Source of the DNA: Vicugna vicugna
Taxonomy: Eukaryota
Direction of reading: 5' to 3'
Assembly (NCBI GenBank): GCA_013265495.1
Contig: MU058919.1
Location: forward strand, 1,798,001 to 1,862,000
DNA: 64,000 bases
Part shown: piece by piece, positions 50,500-61,950 of the stretch
Layout: every line of letters begins with the position of its first letter
Position numbering within the stretch: the first letter of the stretch is position 1
Translations under genes and position numbers: made by a program
The notes under the pieces: model-generated
Told to the model about the DNA's origin: nothing
What the model saw: the letters and a program-made list of their open reading frames with translations, nothing else
Database searches by the model: none

Positions 50500-51430
50500 C
50501 GCCAGATGCGGGTGCTGGCCGCTGTGGAGGAGCCAGGGTGCTCAAAGACACCCGCCTCCACACCCTACAGTGGCCCTCAGCGAGAGGCTCCCACGGGCAG
50601 CAGCGGCTGCCCCAGGAACACAGCCCGCCTCCGGCAGAGGCCCAGCTCCTGCCGCCCGAGTTTAAAGGTGGCCCGTGGCCCGCGGCCCAGCGGAGCCCAG
50701 CCCGGACCACTGGGAGGGCAGGCACCCGGCGCCCGGGGGCTCCTGCGCCCCAGCGGCCAGGCTCCTTCCCGCCTTTTCCTCAGCAACCGGAAAACCTGCA
50801 AGTCAGAGCCGGCATCCTTAGCAGCACCTGACACCCGGGTACTGGGCTAAACACACCCCAAGGTTTGGGAGAAAGGTTTGGGAGTCTTCACCGTGTCCTG
50901 TGATCTGAGGCGACGTCCACAGGGACCCTGAGGCCCACAAAGAAAAGGGAAGATTGGCTCAGTAACAGATTTCTCACCCAAAAGCTGCAGGCCCCGGCCT
51001 CCTCTCCCCCCACGCGCTGCTCCCGCCCTCTGTCTGCGGACAACCACTGCAGCGGGGCCTATTTTAGGCAGATTTTCCACGTTAGAAAGCAAGTTGGTTA
51101 AAACGAGCACGATACACCTCCCACTCGTGACACTTTGTTTAATTCAAAATCAAACAGCAAAGCAGGAGAGGGGCCTGTTCAGCACGTTCGTAGATTTATA
51201 AACGGCCTTCTGCCCAGCGCCCCGGCCGCCCCGCCCCCTCCCTCCTTTCAGACGCAGCTGGGGAGGAATCCACTGACCTAATATTACTGGACAGATAATT
51301 CCTCGCCTCGGGGAAAGACTGGCAAAGCCCATGGCATCTGCCATTTCCAATCTTTGTTTTGAAATGGTAAACAGGGGCTCATGCCAGGCAGCTCGGGGTG
51401 GGGGCGGGGGCGGGCAGCAGGGAAGACACT
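50500..51430. promoter_or_regulatory. CpG-enriched intronic element; candidate alternative CTBP2 promoter or enhancer
   Basis: Locally high CpG. Palindromic TATA TTTATAAA (51195-51202), tandem GC boxes (51226-51238), FOX-type GTAAACA (51367-51373) and a sense-strand donor TGG|GTGAGA at 50978/50977. Confidence 0.45.
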
Positions 51431-52228
51431 CCTCTCCCAGTGAAAACTTTAAAATCCACCTACAGCTCCGGTGGAGGCACCGCTTTGCACTGGAAAACCA
51501 GGCATCTGACTCTACTAAAGCATCTCAAAGCCTGCAGTGGAGGAAATAATTGAATTAAAGAGTTGCCGTAACTCATCCAAGTGAGATAACAACCATCCAG
51601 TGGGAAGCAGAGACAGTGACGTTCAAAGCCGCGGTGTCTAGAGATAGCGAGGAACAGGCAATATAATGTGGTTCAAAGGACAGATGGGACTTTCCTAATT
51701 GTCCCCAGATTCCTAGCAGCAGGGGTGGTAGCTAAATGGTTTCAATTAAAAGTTAAAGAAACAGAGAAAAGCAGGCGGTAAGTTATGCCTGGTGCCGATA
51801 AGACTCCTTCGGTGCAGTCCGAGGGATGCTCTGCCCTAATTTCACACAGCCCAGTGTCACCAGCACATGAGCGATGAGGCCATCCCGACGTGTTGCTGTG
51901 ACAAGGTGACAAATCTGTCTGTCGGATGCACTGTCATCAACGCTAGTGTGAGTCCGAGGGGGTGAGTGCTGGGCAGGACCACGTCTCAGTGCAGGGCCCC
52001 TCCAGCTGCTGAAGCCGCCTCCTCCGCCCCCGGGACCAGCGGGCTGAAAGGAGCGAGCACAGGTGAACACAGGTGTGCAGGCACACGTTTCCCAGAAGAA
52101 CACAGAGACGGGGCCTGTAAGGTGATTTCCGTGCTACTCCAGGCTCCGTGCCCACGTGAACCGGGCTGGTCTCTGTGATTCAAGTGCAGCGTGACAACAG
52201 GGACAAAGGTGACATCCTCCCCAAAAAC

Positions 52229-52444
52229 CAGTGTCTCAAGTGGGGACACGCTCTACCCGAGGCACACTTGGTGATGTCAGGACACCTTCTGGGCTGTCAC
52301 ACCGGGGCAGGGAGGGAGGGTGGGGCTGGACATCTGGTGGGGAGAGGCCAGGGGAGGGGTGCTTATCCTACAAGGCACACGACAGCCCCCCAACAAGGAA
52401 TTATCGGGTCCAGAATGTCAACGGTGCCAATGTTGAGAAACTTT
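52229..52444 (+). mobile_element. MER20 DNA transposon, near full length
   Basis: CAGTGTCTCAA...GGACATCTGGTGGGGAGAGGCCAGGG...GACAGCCCCCCAACAAGGAATTATC...AATGTCAACGGTGCCAATGTTGAGAAAC. Confidence 0.85.
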
Positions 52445-55400
52445 CTTGGAAGAATCCTAAACTGAAGTTTCTGAAGTTTCAAAGGAATAGGAATGCCAAG
52501 AAATAGCTGCGGTCCACTGCATACAAGTGAATCTTCCACCAACATGGGATATAAAAAGACATCACTGATGTGAAGGCGGGGCTGATAAAGGAGACAACTG
52601 GAGACAAAAGAAGGAACTCAACCAAGTTCATCCTGTGAGCAGAGCAGACAGGCCCCACCGCATGGGGACGAACTCGTAACCACGGTGTGCGGGGCCAGGC
52701 ACGAAGTGGATTCAGAGAGATTCTGCCCCCATGCCGACCCACGCCCAGTGCACAGAAGCAGAAGCTGAGGACACAGAGGGACATCTGGAGCCTGGAGGAT
52801 GGCAGCAGCCTAGGTGGGGTCTTAGCGAGAGTCTCTCAACCCCACCCCAAGTTCAAGTCTCCCAGTCATGCCACCAACTGCGCTCTGAGCAAAAAGCTGG
52901 ACACGCACCTACAAAAGCACATCTCAGGAAGGAAACACCAAATCCCTCAATGTTAGAAGGTCCCTAAGTGACACAGGCAGAGAGGGATGGAGGGTCTCAG
53001 AAAGCCAATCTCAACAGGTAAGAACCTAAAAACTAACAACCAACACCCACCAGCCCACTCTCAGGACGCAGCCTGGGCCCAGTGGTCACTAACCAGGTGG
53101 GGGGAAGAGTGAGGAGCTGGGGACGGGGTCCTGCATCCCCTTGGGACCGACTGGTAAACGGCAGTGGCTCCAGCTCTTCACTTCCTCAGCCCCAGTGGCA
53201 TCCTTCCTGGGAAGCCCTTCGACAGCACATCCAGAGTCAAACCAGGAAAATGAAGGATGGGGTGGAGGCATTTTCCCCCGCCCCTTTTAAATGCTTATGG
53301 TTTGGGTTTTGTCCCCATTATAAAATAAACAGAAGCCAGCAACAACAAAAACAAACAAACAAAAACAAAGAAATAAGCATGAAAAATCTGGGAATAAGTA
53401 AGAAAATCTGAATATTCCTTAATTATACAGCATGACAATTCCTTAACTTTTTGCTGCTGAAGTTAATATTTCCTGATTATCTTTTTTTCTGAGAGTAGGT
53501 TAAAAGAGAAAGAGAAGACACTGAACTCAGTTTTCAATCCATTCTATGGGGAGGGGGAAGAAGCCCACCATTATGGAAAGCGAAAAAAACAAAAGTGTGA
53601 AATAAAATAATACGGCGAGGATGATAAAACCCTCGCATGATTTGGGATGGAGCCTCAGGAATCTAATGCTGACTGATCAACGTTTGGTATTTCCCAGCTC
53701 GGAAACAGGGACAACAGACCCACCCACAAAACCACAGACCAACAAAAGCAGAGAGGAAAAAAAAAAAAACCAAACAAAAAAGAAGTCGTTAGTCTCCAGA
53801 ATACAGATGAAGTCGGGTGGTTGTTTACAGATCTCCTCGTGGGGGAATCTGCCGGCTTAGGTTCCGCAGACACAGCGCGGCCTGACGAACTCTCTCACTA
53901 AAGACCACCACGTACATTACGGTTTTAAAAAAGAAGGTAAGCTAACTCCGGTAAGAAACACAGAAGTCTATGTACCATGAAATATCTCCAGGAGACTTGT
54001 TTAGCGAAATTAACTAGCAGTTTAATGGGGGGAAAGCCTGATATACAAGGGCGCCCCGATTTCGTCAGAGAAATTAACATTTCAATCCCGTTTTTATCTA
54101 GAAGTCATTAAACTGTGCAACATGAATTATTGGAAGTGTAGCAGAGAATTAACTCTATTCATCAACGAAGTCCAAACACTTTAGAGTGCATCTGTAATGA
54201 AAAAACAGCTCTACATTTCTATCTCTTCTCATTAAAGTAAACCGGTTTTCCCCCCTCTCAGTATATAAAACTGTCTTCTCTTCATATAATTTATATTACC
54301 ATAAGCTGGCTCACATTCTAAACTATTACACGCCTCCAATTAATTTTGCAGCTTTTGCCTGAAAATTTAATGAGATAGTAGTGTGTGAACCTGCTGACTC
54401 CAGATTACGTGTGTGCTCCCAATATTAATGTTGGCATAATAAAATAATCCGACCCATTCTTGATGAGAGAGGCTCCCCTCGCCACAGTGAGAAAGGTAAC
54501 GCGTAAGCCAGGTCCACTCATCTTCCGCTTTTAAATCCAATTATAAAATGTACTGGCCTCAGAGTAAACTGCGCCTGCTCATCAACCTGGGGAGGAAGGA
54601 GAGAGGAGCCGCACATTCTAATTATCCCCCAACTCCATTTCTAGAAAACACTCCAGCCAGCAGTTAAGACAGATGACTGTCTAACACCTCAGCCCTCTCC
54701 ACTGCGGAGCGAGGAGTCTGCACTTAGAGCCAATCCCGAGGCAGCCAAGGCGAGCACCCAGCAGGACGGGGTCCGAGAAACCCCTCACCCGGGCCAGCTG
54801 CAGGTGCCCCCAGGACACACACGTCACAAGGCGCCCACACCTCAACGTGGGTGCGTTTGTGTGTACATCTGAGTATACAAGTTCAGCCAGAGATGAACAG
54901 GTCAGGGGTGCTGGAAACTCAACGACAGCCTCAGTGACAACCCCTCTGTGGGGATTACCTCTTGCCAGAGGGTGTGGGTTCAAACAAAAGGGAAGAGAAG
55001 CCAACAGTGAAAGCAGTGGTGGCTACAGTCACTGACCACCATTCATGAAAGACCTACCATGCACATATCTTAAACCGCACTGTGACTTCTCAGCCGCCAG
55101 CCACTGGGCAGGTGTGAAGCAGGCTGTGTTCAGCCTAAGGAATGCGCTGGTGCAGGACCCTGGGCAGGTGACCTCAGAACTCAAAGCCCGTTCCTTACCT
55201 ACCCTGCTAAGGATGACAACTACACACGCCATCACTGATGGCTGTGACTGAGTGAAAACAGGAAGATACACAGCACTGAGCAGTGTCGGCGCTTGGCTGG
55301 CCCTTAATACATCACTTGGCTGGAGTCTGTGTGTCCAGCAGCCTGCAGGAAGGCCGGGACCTGGGGAATGAGAGGGCCAGGCTTCTGAGAAGACTCTGCT

Positions 55401-55769
55401 GTTCATTGCTCTCCCCCGCCTTGCCCCCACCCCAGCCACACCCTTGCAGTGTCAGCGAGCCAGCATGGGGGCTGCTTCCACAGGACAGCCACTCTGGGGT
55501 TTGAGCTCCCCTCCCTGCGGGCCTGGCTACTGCAGAGTCTAAGGGGCTTGTCCTGGGCTGGCAGGGAATGGAGCTCTGGACCCCACACACGACAACGCAA
55601 CAAGGTCGCCTGGCTGTGGGCATTTAGGTCAGGAAGCCCCCTCTCAGAGGTTGTTTGCTTGTAAACAAACTTGGGGTCTACAGTGAGAGAATAGCCATCA
55701 AACCAGCTGGTCAGGTGCACTCAACATCCAACCCTTTATACCAAGATCCAAACTGTTTTGGGAGATGGA

Positions 55770-55890
55770 GACAGAGCAGAACATGCTGGGGGTGCAGGTC
55801 AAACCCAGACCTGGGTTCAAACCCCACCTCTGCTCCTGCCAGGAGCCAAGAGAAGGCAATTAATCTCCATTATTTGTTAAAATAATAAAA
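55770..55890 (+). mobile_element. MIR 5' fragment
   Basis: CAGACCTGGGTTCAAACCCCACCTCTGC matches the MIR head and B box. Confidence 0.6.
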
Positions 55891-58653
55891 AATAACTAAG
55901 ATGCCCCCGCCCCACCACTACTTTGCAGGGCCAGCCACATAGACGAGACAGAATGAGGCTGTGTGCTTAAGAGGCACAGGTGAACTCAGAGCACTCAGCT
56001 CATCTGGCTTCCTTTTGAGGGCAAGCGCGGGACCACTCTGGGACTCCAAATAAAAGAGGCGGCTTTTCAACCCTGCCTTCCACGGCCAAGGAAGGCCAGA
56101 GACAGGGGCTCCAGCACCAGGCACACTGAAGGCACACTCCTCCCCCTCAACCTAGAGCATCTCCCACCAACTGCTGAGGAAACCGTCCTTTTACAGGAGG
56201 CCGCATTTAAAGGCTGCAGCTCCTCACACCTGATAGAAAGAGACAGGACACTTCCTGGCTACAAGTTTGCAAGAAAAATAAGCTCTTGAGTTACCAAAAC
56301 CACTGCCTGAGACAAAACACAAAGGTGTGCAGCTACCGGAGAAGGTGGCATCTCCAAGGAGGGCAAAAGGGCTCTCAGGACTGCCCAAGTCCAAGCTCAC
56401 TTACTTGCTCTGAACCCATCACTCCAGCCAGTTTGGTTGAGGCTGGGGGTGGGGGGGTGGGGCACAAGACTGGAGCTGGACAGCCTGGGCTCTGCCCAGA
56501 ACTAACACGAGCCCAGCATCCTCAGATCCTCTGGCTCGAGGCACCCTCAAAATAGGGTTCTACAAGGTCTCAGGCACCAAGAAAAGGCCCCCAAATTCCA
56601 CACTGCCAAACCCTGGGGAAGACACAGTATGACTCAGTAAGGTCACAGAGAGTGAAAACCTTTCCTTATGTTGAAGAACGGAAGCTATTAACTGCGTTAC
56701 TGGCAAGCACAGATGTTGTCTATATCTAAAAATTCCCAAATAGATCAATTAACATATTATAAAGAATTTACTTTCATTTTCCCTTGACAGAGCATAAAAG
56801 CCAAAACACAAGGCTCAGTTTGAAACTGACAAGTGCATATAGCAGGAGATGCTCTATTAAATGGAGACAACAGCAAAAGAAAATGGTATTTATAACGATT
56901 AGCCACCTAATTAATTCTAAGAGCAGAACGTCAAAAGCTATAAATCCGTCTCTTTGGTAACTGAAGCTCGACATCAAACAAGTCACTTCCGCACTGAGAA
57001 GGGAAGCCTAACATCCTCCTGAGATGTGCACCCAGCAGTATGGCCGTTCCATCTGCTTCCCGGGTGAGGTGCTCGAAATGCAGGTGGAAAAGCAATGGAA
57101 GGCTGGAATTCGGGGGAATAAATACACGTGCACACACACAGGAGGAGCGGCAATAAATTCTAAAATTAAAACAGTTTAGGTATCAGCAATGTGTATACAT
57201 TTTAATAGAGTTCTAGGATGTGCGTTCATCTCCTTCTGGGGCAATTAGCTCAGTTTAAAGGGAGGAATCCTCAAGCTTCCGCCCTGTGATGAAATCTGGG
57301 AGCCTTTTATGCTTCTCCAGCTTGGCTATAGTGGGATGTGTGTGGAGGAAAATTCTAAGACAGACAAAGGTATAACATTATTATCCTCTGAAACTTTATG
57401 CATTTTCTTTACTTGTATGTTCAGGAATTACCCTTTGGGGGAGGAGAGAGTCGGGGGCTAAAAGGACTGACGGAACACGTGCATGAATAGTAAGAAACCA
57501 AAATTGATTTAATAGATGCAGGGTTGTCCTTCTTCCTATAGTTCCAGAATTCTCTTCCTAGGTTGCAAATCAAAATCTGCATTTAAATAGAATATTTTTA
57601 ATGTAAAAAAAGGAAGCCCTAGGGTACAGAGGTGTTGCATTCAGTATCCATGGGCACAACATTGCATTCTAAATGAGGTGGCATTTTGAAATATACTGAA
57701 TATATTACATATTCCAAATTGTCTTCTTATTACTACTATTTTTACCAAATTCTTCTAAATAAGAGGCATGTTTCTTTTATGGCCAGGACTGTTAATAAAA
57801 GTAATGTGATATTACATCACACTATCAACTGAATTTTGAGAAAAGATTACCCTGATCCAAGGATCTCATAAGCCCCTGGCTCTGATAACTCCAGCCATTA
57901 TTCAGTGTGAAATTCAAACAGTCTGAATTCATTAACATTGGTTGTTACAAATCTGCATTTTTAGACTTTGCCATAAAATGCAAGAGTCCAAACCCGGTGA
58001 CCTGAATCTAACAGCCTTTCATGTGAAGTGGCCGTGCTAAGCGGCCTCTCCCAGCGCAGCTCTCCGGATAAAGCCCCATGTGCTTGTCCTCTCCACAGCT
58101 GACCCGGTCACCGTTGGGCAGAGACGGGGGCCCAGTCAGCCTCGGCCCCGCTGGTCACACCTCATGTTCAGGCAAACTGCAGAGACCTGAGGCATCGACA
58201 GGAGAGAGGGGACCTGCTCCCACAAGGACGCACATCATTAGACAGGAATCCAGGCAGCCAGTCACACCTGGGCACGGTGCCCTGATGCCAGCACCTCACC
58301 TCTGCTGTGGCTCCGGATCCGCTCAACCTCAGGAAATTAAGTAACAACTCAAAACTCAGTGTGCAACATATGGGAAAGGCTTCAGGGAACCCCACACCTT
58401 CACCCCTTGATGAAGACAGATCATTACTGGGTTGATGGGAAAAGGGGGCTCGTTCCACTCCCAGCATCCCAGGAGGAAAACACAACAGAACTGCCAGGAA
58501 CAAGGAAGTCTAGAGTTCCCAGTCATCTTCCACCCACACACTCAAACAGCCAGGGCTACAGGTGCCTCCTTGGAGAGACACACTCTCTGCTCTCCTCCAG
58601 TTGTGGGCGGGTCACCCCTCCTCGCTAAGTAAACGACTGTCCTCTCATTTACT

Positions 58654-58690
58654 GATGCTGTGATGGTGACGATGATGACGATGACGACGA
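58654..58690 (+). repeat. Degenerate (GAT/GAC)n repeat, probably a MIR tail
   Basis: GATGCTGTGATGGTGACGATGATGACGATGACGACGAT. Confidence 0.7.
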
Positions 58691-58870
58691 TAACTGGCAG
58701 CCACTCTCTGTTAAGCCCTTACCAGGTACTTGCTAAGCCCCCCTCGGTGATTGCCACATTGACCTCCCACAACTCTTGAGACTCAGTAGTACTACTGACC
58801 CCCATTTGGCAGAGCGGGATCCTGAGCACTAAGCACAGAGGGGCTTAGTGCCTTGTCAGGCCCAAGGCTG
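58690..58870 (-). mobile_element. MIR SINE
   Basis: CCAGGTACTTGCTAAG...CCTCCCACAACTCTTGAG...GTACTACTGACCCCCATTT...GCACAGAGG...CCCAAGG. Confidence 0.6.
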
Positions 58871-60093
58871 ACTCCATCGGGGTGGCCCGGGTCACCCTGC
58901 AAGCATTTCTTGGCCCTGGTTTGAGAACCCCTCCCCACACCCAACACCAAGACCAAGGCCAAGTTTTGGCCTGGCCACTGGAATCTTCACCTTGCCCGTG
59001 CAGACACAAGGAGGTGCCAAAAAGCTGCTAGGCTCTGGAGGGACACCCGTTACGATGCAATTTCAGACGGAAGACTAACACCGCGTCACTCTGCTCTGTT
59101 TAAACAAGCGAGCAGAAGGCTTTTTGGCCTTAAACAGGCCTCTGTGGTGCTGCTGCTTGAGCCCGTGGGAGATCAGAGCACGAGTCAGCAGGAATCCTTC
59201 CTCCTAGAGGAAGCTGCAACCCTGTGTCGTGGGTTAGAGGTCATCTGCTGTAACTAGGAAGTGGCGCTGAGTCTGACTGAATTACGAAAAGCCAGGAGTA
59301 CTGTACTCTCAAATTTAGGGCTTTTAACAAACACGGGACTCAGGTCACCAGATACACATGCACAAAATACCAGCTTCCAAATTTCCAAGGCAGGCAAAGC
59401 AAGCAACCACCATGCTGGGTCCACAAAGGAATTTGATACATGTGCCATCTGTGCTTCAGGCCCAAGGGACCTGGGGCCACGCATCCTCATGATCTCAGCT
59501 CAGATGCAATCAAGGCAGCTGAATCACACCCTCCTTGCCCAGGAAGCTGCCACAAGCACTGCACCCCAGATGCCAGGAGAGCACAGCTGGGTGCCGGAGC
59601 CACAGCAAACTCAAACTCCCTGCCCCACCTGCACGCAGGGGAGGCAGGGACATGCTCTCCTGTTGCAGAAAGCTCAGGAACGTGGATTTATTATTCAGGG
59701 CAGACACACCTCCTCCAAACAGGTAGCAGAACATGCTGGTTTGCCTGCTGTCTGCAGCAAACAGTCCCAGCTCACGCAAAGTCAGCCCCACCTTCTGACA
59801 GATGCTGGGACGGGCTCCTGCACGGATGGACCCAGCCACCATGTCCTGGGATTCGCTCGTTCAAATACAGTCCTGTGGCATCTAGCGTGTGGACCACGTA
59901 TAGAAAATGAAAGAGATGACGAGGGTGTGGGAAATGGCCTGTGCCTCAGAGAGCTACCTCAGTGACTTCTAATCACTCTGGAAGGTTCTGCAGAGCACCG
60001 CTCCCGAATCCAAGTCCGTTTATAAGACCTTTGTCTCATTTCACTTGATAGGGTTAGAAGGCCCAGCATCATCAAAGGAACTACAAAGTCTTG

Positions 60094-60196
60094 GGTCCTG
60101 GTGCTGACAATGACTGGGCACTCCTCTCCGACTCAGGGACCCACCGGTCCCTGTGCTGACAATGACTGGGCATTCCTCCTGCACTCGGGGACACAT
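60094..60196 (+). repeat. Two-copy tandem duplication, period 52 bp
   Basis: The 20-bp core GTGCTGACAATGACTGGGCA is identical at 60101-60120 and 60153-60172. The flanks align with several substitutions. Confidence 0.9.
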
Positions 60197-61894
60197 GTGA
60201 AGACTAAGCCGTGTTGGGGGTGGGGGATGATGGCAAAGATAAGCCCAGCAGGTTAGCAATATTGATTAAGAGATGCAGATGAGGCCAAGGCAATAATATC
60301 TCACAGGACACAGAACCCACCCTCCCACGGTGCTTCCGACACGATGTTTCCATTCCTGAGTTGCGGACAAGGATACCTGCCTCCCGTCTGCAGAAGGGGC
60401 AGGACGCAGGTGGCCATGACCTGATGAGTCTCCTCCTCATGGTGGGTGGGGGGTGGGGGGTGGGGAAAGGCCTGTTCTGAGGCTCTGGTGTCCAGAACAA
60501 AAGCACCACCCAGCAAACAGCCTCCCTGCTGGACCTGACAAAACCGATCCGGTTGCTGCCCTGCGCTGCTTCAGCTGAATTTTTCAAGGAGTTGCAGGTT
60601 ACACCCTGTCCAGGCCAACAAAGGTTTCCTTTGAGTTAAACAATGTATAGCTGAACCGGAAGAGGGACGGCGACCACAGACAAGGTGTTGAGTTACAAGA
60701 CACAGGAACCAGATAGCTTTGCCACAAGGTCTCATCTCCTGCAAGCCTCCTGTTAAAAGGCAGCACACTACTGTCTGATAAATCAAGGCTGCTCTAAACG
60801 GATCCGACTGCGAGCTCATGGGGACATCCGATCCATCAGCCTGGAGAAAGGACGGGACCGGGGTCCCGGGTGGGAGCCACTGAGGATGACCAGCATACGC
60901 TTCTGAAGAAACGGAAATAATGAAACACTGAGATCAGATGCGCAGAACTGCTACTCACCCATGGCTTGTGTTTTTCACCCCTGCACATTAGCATTTTTCC
61001 CCCTAATGCTCTATCCTTTTGCCGAATATAATTAATTTTAACAGCTTCTGCAACTTACCCACGGGTTGTTGCTGTTTCCTTTAAACAGTATACTGCTGAG
61101 AAATTGATTTGTTTGCTCCCTCTGCCTAAAGAAACCGTATCATGAAATATGTATAAATGTCACCGATCAGGCTGCTGCTTTAGAGAACTACAGAAAAATG
61201 TCCCATTTTAACTCCACACACAGGACTCCGCTTATGGCAGATACCCTCATGTGTTACCCATCTGCCCACACACAAAAACTGATGAATTACACAGCATTTT
61301 CTTTTAAAACCTCCCCTATTTATCTTTAACTGGTACAAGTCTAAGGGAATTATCTTAATTGCTACGTGGAAAGAATGAATTGCGAATGCATTCAGCTAAC
61401 CAAGGCGACTTTATTTTTAACAGCATGGGGCCAGGTGGGAGTTGCCAAGTTTGCCAAAAATAAATGATTCAATCAATCAATAAAGCAAATGTGTTCAGCT
61501 GGGTGTTAGATGGATGCTGGGGGACGGGGAAGCCATAGGCAACGGGCTCGGGGACACAGCCTCCACCGTGGATGCAGAATCTCAGCCATTTCCCAAAGCT
61601 TCACTTTAGAAAATGCACTGAATCAGGATCCAGAAATTAAACGATGAAGAAGTCAGGGGAAGTACCCAGGATCACGTGGGCTGTTTCTTGTACTGCAGAG
61701 TATTTCCTTAGCATGTGAAGGTGAGGGAGTTGCTGCTAAGTTGAAAGCAATGCCAGGTTTACACTTGAACCTGGGGAGGTGTGGGGTGCGTTCTGCCACA
61801 AAAACTTAGATGGAAGTACAACTGAAATGACCTAAAACTAAGACTATGTTGTAAAAAGATGTTATTGGTGCCGTGCATTTTAGAAATGCTAGTT

Positions 61895-61950
61895 ACAGTG
61901 GCAGCGGTAACACATAAATGCTCAACAAAAAATATTTATTCAAAGAAATA
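61895..61950 (+). mobile_element. L2 3' tail remnant
   Basis: ACACATAAATGCTCAACAAAAAATATTTATTCAAAGAA. Confidence 0.45.

Noticed and set aside
59261-59965. 234-aa plus-strand ORF
   Set aside because: GTG start, no recognisable family, and no promoter or poly(A)/TSD signs of a retrogene. A BLASTP hit or Ribo-seq support would reopen it.
60094-60196. Repeat-spacer-repeat pattern resembling a CRISPR array
   Set aside because: Only two copies, the intervening sequences are homologous to each other, there are no cas genes, and the DNA is mammalian intron.
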